A stretch of 62,866 nt of DNA, filler included, from Octopus bimaculoides (Eukaryota), in assembly GCF_001194135.2 (NCBI RefSeq). It is 7 parts of 6 records of this genome, joined end to end, with 100 filler letters (N's around TTAATTAATTAA, not from the genome) between each part and the next. Parts side by side here need not be neighbours in the genome. Positions count along the whole stretch, not along the records: positions 15,388 to 27,631 come from NC_069003.1; positions 27,732 to 36,250 come from NC_069008.1; 5 more parts are not named here. The stretch is one strand, 5' to 3'. Numbering within the stretch: the first letter of the stretch is position 1; every line of letters begins with the position of its first letter. This document shows positions 24,401-36,011 of the stretch, piece by piece. Under the pieces are notes generated by a model. The model was not told the DNA's origin and did no database searches. It saw only the letters and a program-made list of their open reading frames with translations. A program made the position numbers and the translations under genes.

Positions 24401-25162
24401 ATTTGGTCAGTCCAATCGTGATGGTTTTGTATGAAAGTTTAAACTGGATCAAACTGGATCAAGCTGCAACCTCCTTGAGCTCTGGGAAGGTAAAGACGAT
24501 CCACATCTGCCCTTGCGTGGTGCATCTTATTACAAGTCATCAGTTTCTCTCTATGCACGCTTGCAAACTATTAGAAAATGCAGTCAAAATTAGTCCAAAA
24601 GGAGGAAAGGACACTAGATAATGTAGCCCAGCATAGCCCTATAAATATGGAATCGCTGTGGTTGGAATGCTTTTGATCACGGATGTACACGACCACTGCT
24701 GGCTTTTGAGGGTTAAACAACTACAATTAACTGAGCAGGAATAAAAAAATTAATGGATACATAGACAGGTAGATAAATAGACAGATAAATAAATAGATAG
24801 ATAGATAAATAAATAAATAACAACAGTTCAATGAAGAGCTTATTTTACGTGGTCGGCTACGTGACTAGGACGTGACAGTGAATATATTTTGCGTCCCGTT
24901 TAAACATTCTGCCCGATCTAACGACAATGCCGGGTTCAAAAGACGCCATGTTTAATAATGGCAGCTAAATGACTCTGTAGGCAAGAAGAAAGCCTGGCTT
25001 TTGTTGATGACAACTCGATCCATGCAGGCGCGCGCGCATACACACACGTATGAATTTATACATATTACACATAAAAGTTACAATGATATGTGTGTGTACA
25101 TATATGTATGTGTATACGTTTGTAAGTATGCATATTTATATATGTATGTAGCATATCCCTCT

Positions 25163-25390
25163 TCTTTTATTCTTTGACTTGCTTCAGTCATTTGACTGCT
25201 GTCATGCTGGAGCACCGCCTTTAGTCGAACAAATCGACCCAAGGACTCATTTTTTGTAAGCCTAGTACTTATTCTATCGGTCTCTTTTGCCGAACCGCTA
25301 GTTTACGGGGACGTAAACATACAACGTCAATTATCAAGGGATGGTGGGGGGGGGACAAACACACACACACACACACATGTATATATATAT
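25163..25390 (-). mobile_element. SINE family 1, 3' half
   Basis: Matches 5338-5545; abuts an N gap through its internal microsatellite. Confidence 0.85.
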
Positions 25391-25602
25391 NNNNNNNNNN
25401 NNNNNNNNNNNNNNNNNNNNNNNNNNNNNNNNNNNNNNNNNNNNNNNNNNNNNNNNNNNNNNNNNNNNNNNNNNNNNNNNNNNNNNNNNNNNNNNNNNNN
25501 NNNNNNNNNNNNNNNNNNNNNNNNNNNNNNNNNNNNNNNNNNNNNNNNNNNNNNNNNNNNNNNNNNNNNNNNNNNNNNNCAGTCATTCCTGCACCTATAA
25601 CA

Positions 25603-26876
25603 CAGACATGCAGGAAGTAAATAGACACCTTTAATTTTCAAAATTTTAAATCTAAGCGTCTTAATATGTTTTCAGCGGTGTAGAATTTATTATGTAATTA
25701 TTCTTTTTTCATTCCAGGTGCCATTATATTAAACATTTGCGAAGAGTAATCATGCCACGCACAAAAATATTCAGCAGAACTGTCAGATTTTCAAAGAGGT
25801 CGTATTGTTGGGCAATCTGAGACTGGTCTTAGCCAGCGAAAAATTGCCGAAAATCTTCAAATTCTTCTTGCTATTGTTAATAGAATTATAGTGCAATTCA
25901 AAAGCCAAGGAAAAGAATCAACATATTCTTGTCCCGGCCGATCTGGGCCCTCGGAAAGGAAGCTTGGCTGTTTGAAGAGAATTGTGGAAAACCAACCCCG
26001 TTCGAAGGCTTCTGACGTTGCAAAACAGCTTGAAGTTAGTCCAAGAACGTGTTTTACATATTTGCCTAAGCTTGGGTATTATGGATGAACAGCTAGAAGA
26101 AAATCTCTCCTTCAACCAATTAATATCATGAAAAGAAAGAAATGGCCTAAGGAGATGTCAGAAAAATCCAGTTCATTTTGGGATAGAGTGATTTTCTCAG
26201 ATGAATCCAGATTTGCATTATTTTCAGACGGTGGACATGTTTGGGTCTGGAGGCTTCCCGATCAAGAATTTGATTTGAAACGACTCCAACCAACTGTGAA
26301 ACATGGCGGTATCTCTGTAATGGTATGGGGAGCTGTCACCAGCAATGGTCGTTCTGAGCTGATCGAATGTGTTGGAACCGTAAACTCTGAAAAAGACATC
26401 AAAATACTTAAGCAAGGACTACTTCCGATGTATTCACGCGATAACATAACAAAAAAAAAAGTTTTTATTCATGGAAGATGGGCTCCATACCACACGGCGA
26501 AAAGGAATCAACAATGACTGACTGAAAATGGAATCAAAAAACTTCCTTGGTCGAGAAAAATCCCTGACATGAACCCAATTGAAAATCTTTGGAGAATACT
26601 AGATAGAGCTATACGAAAAACTCGACAGAAGCCTAAATCTAAAGATGAATTGTTTCGATTGTTGCGTGAAAGTGGGCAGAAATTCCACAAGAGACAATCA
26701 CAAAGCTCATCAGTTCAATGCCAAAAAGGGTTTCTGAATTAAAAACTGCAAAGGCAATGTCAACTAAATACTAAAGTATGTAGTTCTACCTATCGATTAC
26801 ATTTCAATTGTTTGCTTTGCGTATTAAATAAAAGATTTTGAAAATTAAATGTGTCTATTTACTTCCTGCATGTCTG
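25603..26876 (+). mobile_element. Full-length (1274 bp) Tc1-family DD34E transposon with an inactivated transposase
   Basis: ~45-bp TIRs CAGACATGCAGGAAGTAAATAGACAC at both ends, TA at 26877-26878; transposase ~25752-26774 with ELSDFQRGRIVG (HTH), [21 protein letters not shown] and PDMNPIENLW; several stops and frameshifts. Confidence 0.92.
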
Positions 26877-26894
26877 TATGTATATATATATAGT

Positions 26895-27631
26895 TCTGTA
26901 GCGGGCCAACAAATGGCAGCACACGGTTGCGTGCGCAGTGGGAGCTAGTAGTGATCTTCATGAGGCAGTGTATCGAGTGACATCGCTGTGTTTACTTGGC
27001 AAGTTGTGAGATTTGTGTTTTTGTGATCACGTGTATGCTGTAGTCTGCAATTTCGTCATAGACAGAAAGCTGGAACAAAGAGCCAACGTGAAATTTCGCG
27101 TTGAACTTGAGAAGTCTGCTACAGAGGCATTGAACATGTTTCGACAAGCTTGCAGTGACGAGGCAATGGGTTATACTCAATGTTTCAAGTGGTGTGGATA
27201 CTTCAAAAGCGGAAGAACGTTGCAGGAAGACGATAAGTGATCTGGAAGACTTACAATGAGCATCACCCGCGGAAATGGGGAGAAAATTCATCAGCTTCTG
27301 CACGAATTTCGTCGGAGAACAATCGACGACGTTTTGAGACTTTTGAGGGCAGACATTCGGTGAAAGCAACCGCATCTGTGGAGAGCAAAGAATTGGATCC
27401 TTCACGACGACTATGCACCCTATCACTGAGCTCTCCTCACCCGTGAGTTTCTCGCCAAAAACATGGTATTGCTTGCACACCCGCCAGATTTAGTACCTGC
27501 AGACTTCCATCTCTTCCCCAAGATGAAAATGCAGCTCAAAGGTCACCGTTTTAACATCGTTTTCGTGATCAAGAGCGAATCGCAGAAGGTCCTCGACTCA
27601 CTTACGGAAAACGACTTCCAGGCCGGATTCC
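26895..27631 (+). mobile_element. Internally deleted mariner (DD34D) remnant
   Basis: DRKLEQRANVKF..L.KSATE..NM.RQA.SDEAM (HTH) and HPPDLVPADFHLFPKMKMQLKG (SPDLAPxDF-like); truncated by a linker. Confidence 0.85.
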
Positions 27632-27731
27632 NNNNNNNNNNNNNNNNNNNNNNNNNNNNNNNNNNNNNNNNNNNNTTAATTAATTAANNNNNNNNNNNNN
27701 NNNNNNNNNNNNNNNNNNNNNNNNNNNNNNN
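27632..27731. other. Artificial scaffold linker
   Basis: N44-TTAATTAATTAA-N44. Confidence 0.9.
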
Positions 27732-28057
27732 ATATATATACATATATATATACACATACATGTATTAATAATTATATACATAATTACAATAAGTGATTGG
27801 CAAAATGCCCCACCATGCATTAGAAGTATGTATATAATTATTATAATAATTGATAGCAATCCAGATATACACATATATATACATACATATATGTGTTTAT
27901 ACACCCACACACACACACATATGTATATATATATATATATATATACTCATACATACATTTATATTTCTCACACACACACAAATATACAACTATAACTTTA
28001 TTTAAATCTATATGAAATTGTGTGTGTGTGTGTATGTCAACAAAGACACAGAGAGAG

Positions 28058-28111
<54 letters not shown>

Positions 28112-28358
28112 GTAAGAAAAATGTATTTAAATGTGTGCGTATGTATGCAGTGAAAGAGAGAGAGACAGAGAGAGAGACAGAGAGAGAGAAAGAAATGGGA
28201 CGGTTGAGAGAAAGAAAGAAACAAGATGTATTAGTCACAGACCAACTATGTAAAAAAATCTGAAAGCCCACCAGAACAGTGGGCAGGGGTCGTAATTAAG
28301 GACCTCACCCTGCTGCCATTTACCCACCCAAGAACCCCTCTGTCCTGCCATTTGCAGA

Positions 28359-28552
28359 TCAGTAATTGGTGCCATAGTGTGGCGCGGCTGTTTTTGTGTG
28401 TTTCTCGAAGAGAGTGTCCTGGGAATTGAAGGAATCGGAAGTCGATGAAGAAGACATCTCATGGCCGGAGTTGCGGTCCGCATCGGATAAATGGTGATTG
28501 CTTTCACCCTTGGGCTGAACTGGAGACTCTTGCATATTGCTGCTCAACCAGG
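28359..28552 (-). CDS. NIPAL2: NIPA-like protein (NIPAL2/3-like), terminal exon
   Basis: tatgtcttttgcag| phase 1; PWLSSNMQESPVQPKGESNHH...APHYGTNY*; in phase with the upstream exon. Confidence 0.75.
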
Positions 28553-28659
28553 CTGCAAAAGACATACAAGATTATATATATATGTATATATATATGGGGA
28601 GAATTCACAAAGAAAAAACAACAGACGAAGACAGGTGGTGCAGAAAACAAACAGATATA

Positions 28660-28875
28660 GTGAATTCTAGAGTCAAAATTCTAGCAAATTCTAGAGTCAA
28701 AATTTTAGTGAATTCTAGAGTCAAAATTCTTGCAAATTCTAGAGTCAAAATTTTAGTGAATTCTAGAGTCAAAATTCTTGCAAATTCTAGAATCAAAATT
28801 GTAGTGAATTCTAGAGTCAAAATTCTTGCAAATTCTAGAGTTGAAATCTTAGCAAATTCTAGAATCAAAATTCCT
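28660..28875. repeat. 24-bp minisatellite (~9 units) with alternating GTGAATTCTAGAGTCAAAATTCTT / GCAAATTCTAGAGTCAAAATTTTA units
   Basis: Directly visible; lies in the last NIPAL intron and causes ORFs 28537-28926 and 28605-28868. Confidence 0.92.
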
Positions 28876-28908
28876 AAGTTGAAACCAAGAGAAAGAACTG
28901 GTCCTTAC

Positions 28909-29027
28909 GTGGTACATCGGTATTAACCGGTTTCTCTTCTGCGTCAGACAAAGGTTGTGCATCATCAGAGTTTGGTGTCAATCGGTTTCCAGTAACAAAG
29001 TAGACACCAATGAACGACAGAAGACAT
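28909..29027 (-). CDS. NIPAL2: NIPAL2/3-like exon (last TM)
   Basis: ttctttaccattccag|...|gtaagg, phase 2->1; GCLLSFIGVYFVTGNRLTPNSDDAQPLSDAEEKPVNTDVP resembles NIPAL2 GCFLSFLGVFLVTRNR. Confidence 0.88.
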
Positions 29028-29069
29028 CTGGAATGGTAAAGAAAACAGAACAACAATTATGTTGAAGGC

Positions 29070-29362
29070 TTTTGCTGTTGTTGTTGTTGTTTAGTTCTCG
29101 GTTGAACTATGATCATAGATTGTTCCAGCCATGACCATCCCCACTTTGATTCAGGCATAGTGTATCTAGGACTACATTGTCTGATGTGTCCTTCCCTAGT
29201 GTTTGTTTTTTGCTGTTTAGCCCCAGGTAAGTCCTGACCCAAAAGACCTACAATCACAGCTGTTCCAGCTATGATCATCCTGTCTTCTATTCAGGCATGG
29301 TGTATCTAGGACTACATTATTTAATGTGCCATTCCTTGCTGTTGTTTGGTCCCCAGGTCAAA
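29070..29362 (+). repeat. Partial tandem copies of a ~135-bp interspersed repeat
   Basis: ttccagccatgaccatcc...tcaggcatagtgtatctaggactacatt...tgtttagccccaggt occurs twice plus a partial copy; related reverse fragments at ~4660-4720, 4985-5040 and 6965-7030. Confidence 0.65.
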
Positions 29363-30149
29363 TTATTTATTATTATTGGGTGAGAGAGCAGTGCATGCCA
29401 TCAGAGTGACCCTGGGGCACAAATATACGAAGCCCAATGTACCCATCATTACTACCCGTCTGACAAGGGTAAACACGGTTTTGTGCTTAAATCAGAAACA
29501 GCAACCACCACCATTGTTATTCATTATCAACAATCATAAATATTTATATTAACGAGTCTTATACAACAACAATTAAAAATTATTTTTATGTTAACGAATC
29601 TTACACAACAGCTGTCGTACACAACTCATACGAGAATGGTGTCATGATGAATGAATGTCCCATCTGTTGCCCATGGTTACACTGATTACTACCAAAATAT
29701 TTAGAGAGCCTAATGAAGACGCTTCTATGTGGGTCTGGCTGAGAATTGATCTTCACTGAAAAAGGTTGTAATAAGTTATGAAAGAACTTTAGTTAACAAC
29801 CAACTGGTTGATTGCTTAACCTGCACATTAAATAGCCAATCAATTGATTGATTAGTTGGTAAGATATCTAGCCAATTGACTAATTATAAAGAAATGAAAT
29901 TGAACCAGTGGGTGTGTTATTGTTGGTGCACTGACCCTCCCGAAATAAAACAAAATTTACTAAACTAATTTCTTCATAATTTCTTTTAATTAATTGAGGG
30001 AAAGATAGCATATTCCAGCAAGAATATGGTAACAGAAGGGTTGAAGAATAACAATACGTTCTTTGGCTCCCCTGGATCATGGATTGGATCCTGGTACTCC
30101 GAGAAAGAAACAGCAACAAATTTTCGCACAAGGCCAGCAATTTCAGCGA

Positions 30150-30325
30150 GCGGGTAAGTCAATTGCATCAACCCCAGTACACAACTGGTACTTATTTTAT
30201 CAACTCTGAAAGGATGTCAAGCAAAGATGGCCTTGGCGGAATTTGAACTCAGAACGTAAAGATTGGACAAAATGCTGCTAAGCAATTTTACCTGCATGCT
30301 AATAATTCTACCAGCTCACCACCTT
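30150..30325 (-). mobile_element. SINE family 2
   Basis: Reverse complement of the 16590-16775 type. Confidence 0.75.
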
Positions 30326-30359
30326 CAGTAATAATAATAATAAAAATAATAATAATAAC

Positions 30360-30728
30360 AACAAAAGCACTCAGAGAGCGCAAACCTCCACCAAGGCAAC
30401 ACCAAAGTCCTCTCAACGATTAGCCAGAGATGATTTTTAAAATGAGAATATCTGAAATAAACTCGACTGCTCTCACAAACGAGAAGACTAAAAATGAACC
30501 CAACCGCTCTCAAGAATTAAGTAAAAAACAAATAGGAAAAATAATCCAGAATCCTTGACCGGTACCGGATCAATTCCAAAGTCTAATCAGTTTGTGCCAG
30601 TCACGAGGCCAAACATCCCTGAAAGTTTCATCTGAATCCAGACATTGGTTCTTGAGATATCTTATCCACAGACAAACAAACAAACACAACTGAAAACAAT
30701 ACTTCTGCCTTCGCTAAGGCGGAGGTAA
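30360..30728 (+). mobile_element. Non-autonomous Helentron-type (HINE/DINE-like) element
   Basis: 5' aaaagcactcagagagcgcaaaCCTCCACCAAGG; internal (CAAA)n; 3' hairpin CTGCCTT-CGCT-AAGGCGGAGG complementary to the 5' subterminal motif. Confidence 0.55.
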
Positions 30729-30729
30729 C

Positions 30730-30955
30730 AATCCTTTCTACTGAAGGCAGAAGGTCTTCAAATTTGGGGGGAGGGGACTTGTGGATTACATCGACCCCAG
30801 TGTTTCACTGGTACTTAATTTATCGACCCCCAAAAGGATGAAAGACAAAAGTCGACCTCGGTGGAATTTGAACTCAGAACATAAAACCGGATGAAATTCA
30901 GCTAAGCAATTTGCCTGGGTCACGGTAATGATTGCGCCAGCTCATTGCCTCGGAA
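30730..30955 (-). mobile_element. SINE family 2
   Basis: cgaccccagtg...ggtacttaatttatcgaccccc...aaagtcgacctcggtggaatttgaactcagaac. Confidence 0.8.
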
Positions 30956-31019
30956 TGAGTAAATATTAATTAGAATGATGTCGATGACGATGATGATGAT
31001 GATGTGAAGAGGCACTTAC

Positions 31020-31083
31020 CCAAACAGGAACATACAGATATCCAAAGTGTTCATACCAAAAAATTCTTTATAGAATATTGTAC
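31020..31083 (-). CDS. NIPAL2: NIPAL2/3-like exon
   Basis: tttctcatttttcag|...|gtaagt, phase 1->2; GTIFYKEFFGMNTLDICMFLFG resembles GIIFYQEF...FIYLFG. Confidence 0.9.
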
Positions 31084-31254
31084 CTGAAAAATGAGAAAAG
31101 AAATGCAAAGAAATCCAGATCGATGGAAGAGCATTGTAGAAAATGAAGGAGAGGATATTTCAGATTAAAAAAAGAACTTTGTTTATCTTAATTTTGAAAA
31201 ATAAAAAGAAGTGTAAAAAAAAACAGCATTATTTATGGGATGACCCAATATATA

Positions 31255-31605
31255 TCATCATCATCATCATCGTTTAATGTCAGCTTTCCATGCTAGCATG
31301 GGTTGGACGATTTGACTGAGGACTGGTGAAACCGGATGGCAACATCAGGCTCCAATCTAATTAGGCAGAGTTTCTACAGCTGGATGCCCTTCCTAACGCC
31401 AACCACTCCAAGAGTGTAGTGGGTGCTTTTACGTGTCACCCGCACGAAGGCCAGTCAGGCGGTACTGGCAACGGCCACGCTCGAAATGGTGTCTTTTATG
31501 TGCCACCCGCACAAGAGCCAGTCCAGGGGCACTGGCAACGATCTCGCTCGAAAACCCTACGAAGGCCAGTCAGGCGGTACTGGCAACGGTCACGCTCGAA
31601 ATGGT
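31255..31605 (-). mobile_element. SINE family 4, (GAT)n tail and internal tandem repeats
   Basis: catcatcgtttaa...ccatgctagcatgggttggacg...ggatgcccttcctaacgccaaccactc, with repeated gaaggccagtcaggcggtactggcaacgg units. Confidence 0.85.
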
Positions 31606-32256
31606 NNNNNNNNNNNNNNNNNNNNNNNNNNNNNNNNNNNNNNNNNNNNNNNNNNNNNNNNNNNNNNNNNNNNNNNNNNNNNNNNNNNNNNNNNNNNNNN
31701 NNNNNNNNNNNNNNNNNNNNNNNNNNNNNNNNNNNNNNNNNNNNNNNNNNNNNNNNNNNNNNNNNNNNNNNNNNNNNNNNNNNNNNNNNNNNNNNNNNNN
31801 NNNNNNNNNNNNNNNNNNNNNNNNNNNNNNNNNNNNNNNNNNNNNNNNNNNNNNNNNNNNNNNNNNNNNNNNNNNNNNNNNNNNNNNNNNNNNNNNNNNN
31901 NNNNNNNNNNNNNNNNNNNNNNNNNNNNNNNNNNNNNNNNNNNNNNNNNNNNNNNNNNNNNNNNNNNNNNNNNNNNNNNNNNNNNNNNNNNNNNNNNNNN
32001 NNNNNNNNNNNNNNNNNNNNNNNNNNNNNNNNNNNNNNNNNNNNNNNNNNNNNNNNNNNNNNNNNNNNNNNNNNNNNNNNNNNNNNNNNNNNNNNNNNNN
32101 NNNNNNNNNNNNNNNNNNNNNNNNNNNNNNNNNNNNNNNNNNNNNNNNNNNNNNNNNNNNNNNNNNNNNNNNNNNNNNNNNNNNNNNNNNNNNNNNNNNN
32201 NNNNNNNNNNNNNNNNNNNNNNNNNNNNNNNNNNNNNNNNNNNNNNNNNNNNNNNN

Positions 32257-32290
<34 letters not shown>

Positions 32291-32374
32291 TATGTATGTA
32301 TATATAAAACTGTTGGAGAGAGAGAGAGAGAGAAAATCAAAAAGTATAATGAGAAAGGTAGGAGGTGTACAAAC

Positions 32375-32463
32375 CAGCTAAAATGGCGCTTATTGTGAAG
32401 AATACAAAATTGGTTGGCACAACAATGGTGGCATTGAAATGCTTCATTGCAAGGTTTAAATAC
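32375..32463 (-). CDS. NIPAL2: NIPAL2/3-like exon
   Basis: tttctcttttacag|...|gtttgt, phase 2->1; KYLNLAMKHFNATIVVPTNFVFFTISAILAG resembles KFLNQA..YNTTTVVPVNHIFFTISAIIAG. Confidence 0.92.
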
Positions 32464-32589
32464 CTGTAAAAGAGAAACAGAGGCCCCAGAAGAAATGGGG
32501 AGGGGTTAGGGTTAGTAAAGGGATGTTGGCAGGTTTGAGATAGAGTTTGTTGGGGGTTTTTTCTAGTTGTTTTTCTTTTGCTATTTCTT

Positions 32590-32852
32590 TACATGATGAT
32601 GGTGATGATGATGGTTACACAACAACAACGGTGATGGTGGTGATGATTATTATGGTGATGATGATGATGATGATGGTGATGGTGATGATGATGATAATGG
32701 TGGTAGTGATAATGATGATGATGGTGGTGGTGGTGGAGGTGACAATGACGACGACAACGACAATTGTGATGATGATGATGGTGATGATGATGGTGAGTGT
32801 GATGAAGATGGTGATGATGATGATGATGAAGATGATGGTGATGATGATGAAG

Positions 32853-32883
<31 letters not shown>

Positions 32884-32904
32884 AGATGGTGATGATGAAG
32901 ATGG

Positions 32905-32935
<31 letters not shown>

Positions 32936-33010
32936 GATGACGACGATGATGATGATGGTGATGGTGGTGGTGGTGGTGGTAGTGGTGGTGGTGACGATGA
33001 TGATGACCAG
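32590..33010. repeat. (GAT/GGT)n trinucleotide tract in a NIPAL intron
   Basis: Directly visible; source of poly-M, poly-H and poly-S ORFs. Confidence 0.95.
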
Positions 33011-33080
33011 AAATGTTCAAAGACAATAAAAATATGAAAAATATATAAAAGAAGAATATAGAAATCGGTTGGCGACGTAC

Positions 33081-33216
33081 TTGATCTGTAAGATGATGGT
33101 GATGACCATGAGAAGCAACATGATGTAGAAGATGGCATTGTGGAACTGCGAGAAACCGTTCAAAGACAGATGCAACATACTGGAGACGGCTTTGGCAGAG
33201 ATCACTGTGAAAGAGG
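33081..33216 (-). CDS. NIPAL2: NIPAL2/3-like exon
   Basis: ctctccctttcag|...|gtacgt, phase 1->2; ASFTVISAKAVSSMLHLSLNGFSQFHNAIFYIMLLLMVITIILQIK resembles ASLTVISVKAVSGM...YPIFYIM...FQVK. Confidence 0.93.
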
Positions 33217-33297
33217 CTGAAAGGGAGAGAGGTGAGAGGAGGAGAATGGTTAGGAGAGGGAGGGAAGAGAGAGAGAGGGGGAGAGAAGAGAGAGGGA

Positions 33298-33347
<50 letters not shown>

Positions 33348-33389
33348 GATAGCGTGAGTTTATGTGTGCAGATATAAAAGGATACATAC

Positions 33390-33486
33390 CTGTGATGGAC
33401 GTAATTAACAGGTAAATAACTACATGGACAATATGGAATCTGTACAGCAATACACAAACAACAGCTAGGGCTGCCACTTCTATACA
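33390..33486 (-). CDS. NIPAL2: NIPAL2/3-like exon
   Basis: ctatctttctacag|...|gtatgt, phase 0->1; CIEVAALAVVCVLLYRFHIVHVVIYLLITSIT. Confidence 0.88.
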
Positions 33487-33791
33487 CTGTAGAAAGATAG
33501 AGAGTGAGAGAGGGAGAAAGATTAGTGAGTGTATATTGTAGAGTGTAGAGTAGGGGTCAGCTCAACAGACTGAACTGAGATGGGGGGAGAGAGAAACACC
33601 TGGGAATGTTGTAACAAAGCACAGGCAACCCTTAATGATAACAAAGTTATTTTACTAAATTCTTTGTTATATTTAAAATTAATTGAAAGAAACACAGAGC
33701 ATCTCAACAGAAATAGGGTAACGAAAGGGTTAAATAATGATGGGGATGACAAAAGGGGAGAGTTAGAATGTAGACAGTAAAAGAGACTTAC

Positions 33792-33860
33792 TATATACAC
33801 AATAAAAGACACTTCAGTAATGGACTGTGTTATCTCGTCTCCGTTGAGAATGCGTTCCTT
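33792..33860 (-). CDS. NIPAL2: NIPAL2/3-like exon
   Basis: tcattctacaacag|...|gtaagt, phase 0->0; KERILNGDEITQSITEVSFIVYI. Confidence 0.82.
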
Positions 33861-33959
33861 CTGTTGTAGAATGACAGAATAGAATTAGTAGAATGTCAGA
33901 ATGGTGGAATTACAGAATGATGGAATGAGAAAATCAGTAAATCATAATAATAATAATGA

Positions 33960-34140
33960 TAATCCTTTATACTATCTTAGGCACAAGGCCTGGAATTTGT
34001 GGTACTTAATTTATCGACCCCGAAAGGATGAAAGGCAAAATTTGACCTGGGCTGAGTTTGAACTCGGAATGTAAAAACGAATGAAATAACACTAAGCATT
34101 TTGCCCAGCGTGCTAATGGTACTGCCAACTCACTGCCTCA
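33960..34140 (-). mobile_element. SINE family 2
   Basis: ggtacttaatttatcgaccccgaaaggatgaaaggcaaa...tttgaactcggaatgtaaa. Confidence 0.75.
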
Positions 34141-34147
34141 TCAATTG

Positions 34148-34207
<60 letters not shown>

Positions 34208-34467
34208 GATTATTCCGGAGTATATTCACCATCAGACTTCCAGTTTCCGAGCCCTGGTCAAACCGCCCAACAACCCATACCAGCATGGACAACGGACGTT
34301 AAATGATGATNNNNNNNNNNNNNNNNNNNNNNNNNNNNNNNNNNNNNNNNNNNNNNNNNNNNNNNNNNNNNNNNNNNNNNNNNNNNNNNNNNNNNNNNNN
34401 NNNNNNNNNNNNNNNNNNNNTATATATATATAAATACAGACACACATGTGCGTACACAAGTATATAT

Positions 34468-34498
<31 letters not shown>

Positions 34499-35027
34499 CA
34501 AACACACAAACACATATATGTTTATATATGTATGAATGTACAATATATATATATACACATGAGTGGGTGTACGCTGATATATGTATATAAAAATATATAC
34601 ATACACACTTTAATTCCAATTTCAATTTTAATAAAACTAACGCGTGTGTTTGTGAGTGACGAAAGCCACAACATTCCAGCACTTCCCCCACTGACACAAT
34701 TACCACAATAATTGAGTTATTAATGAATCGTGACTTTTCATTATTTCACTCAATCTCAATAAAGCTGTCTTTGTAACTATTGCATTCTTTCACTAGAACC
34801 ACCAGCCTTTCACAGTCCCAATGTAGCATCCTTTGTGTGATTCATTATCAGGAATGTAATGAAAAATGTTATTGTTTAGTGGGAACTTACAAAGAATTTC
34901 TAAATACCTTAATACAAAAGATATTAAATACACTCTCACATGTAAAAGATTAACTGTCCTTCTGAATGAGTATGACCTGGTAGCTTGTACCACAAATTTG
35001 CTTCCGTTTTATGTATCTAAGTAATTG

Positions 35028-35902
35028 CAAGGGTGAGTCAAAAAGTTTCCCAGTTATAAATGATTATATCATTTACGTTCTGAAATATTTTGTTTCCTAC
35101 TTTTCAGGTTTTTAGACCAGTAAGGAAAATTCAAAATGGTTGCCCCCTTAGAGTTACGTCAAAACCAAAGAGCAGTGATTGAATTTCTTGTTGCTGAGGG
35201 GGGAAACCCCTGTGAATAAATCACTGACGGTTGCAAAATGTCTTTGAGGACAATACTTTAGATTAAAGTAATGTATGCAGGTGGGGCCGTCATCTGAAAG
35301 ATGAAAAGGTGGGAACTGTGAGTGTAGCAGATAAACCCCATTCTGGCCGACCGTCCGTCCATCCGCTTCTGTGAATCCTGCCAATAAAACAAAAGCAGAT
35401 GCTCTGATCAGAGAAGACAGACGCATAACTCTTGACGAGTTGGCAGAAAACCTTGAAGTGAGCCATAGAAGTGCTTACAACATTGTCAAATCATTTGGCT
35501 TTTCAAAAGTGTGTGTCCGTTGGGTACCGAGAGAACTGACTACCGAACACAAGACCGACAAAGTCAATGCTTGCACTGAACTTCTCAAACAAAGAGGGTT
35601 TGAGAGGCAAACATTATTCCAGTGACGAGGAAATGAAAACTGTAGTGAAGAAGTGGCTCAAAGAACAGTCAACAGAATTTTATGGGGCAGGGATACATGC
35701 TCTCATTCGAAGGTGGAACATTGCTATTATAAAAGGCCTGCCTGGTTGAAAGCCCAACCTTCCAAGTTCTTTTACAGGGCTTAGAAAAACTGAAGCATTA
35801 AGTGTGTGAATCTGAGGGGAATATGTTGGATAAAATCATAATTAATTGATCCTCTTGGATTTTCTTTTACCCAAAGCCAGGAACTTTTCAAAACCCACCT
35901 TT
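35028..35902 (+). mobile_element. Internally deleted, apparently chimeric mariner
   Basis: MVAPLELRQNQRAVIEFLVAEG, KVCVRWVPRELT and LRGKHYSSDEEMKTVVKKWL; the last ~170 bp match the 3' end of the 54545-55787 mariner family. Confidence 0.8.
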
Positions 35903-36011
35903 TGTGTGTGTGTGTATGACGACGACGACAAGGACAATGATGATGATATGCTACCCATCAATTTGATGGGATCATATCCTCAATTACCAAAATTAGGGTT
36001 TTGCCACTTAC

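Noticed and set aside
28537-28926. 129-aa ORF with (A/V)NSRVKIL repeats
   Set aside because: It arises from the intronic 24-bp minisatellite antisense to NIPAL; no start context or splice support.
28915-28972. Apparent hammerhead on the minus strand (CTGATGA...GAAACCGGTT)
   Set aside because: No stem I pairing, and the sequence is fully explained as NIPAL coding exon (NSDDAQPLSDAEEKPVN).
29597-29755. Minus-strand open frame after a good acceptor within a NIPAL intron
   Set aside because: Its only open frame needs phase 1 but the preceding donor is phase 2, and it has no NIPA similarity.
31440-31605. Repeated ~45-bp units separated by variable sequence, superficially CRISPR-like
   Set aside because: They are internal tandem repeats of SINE family 4, also present at 47440-47640 and 58400-58500; eukaryotic context and no cas genes.
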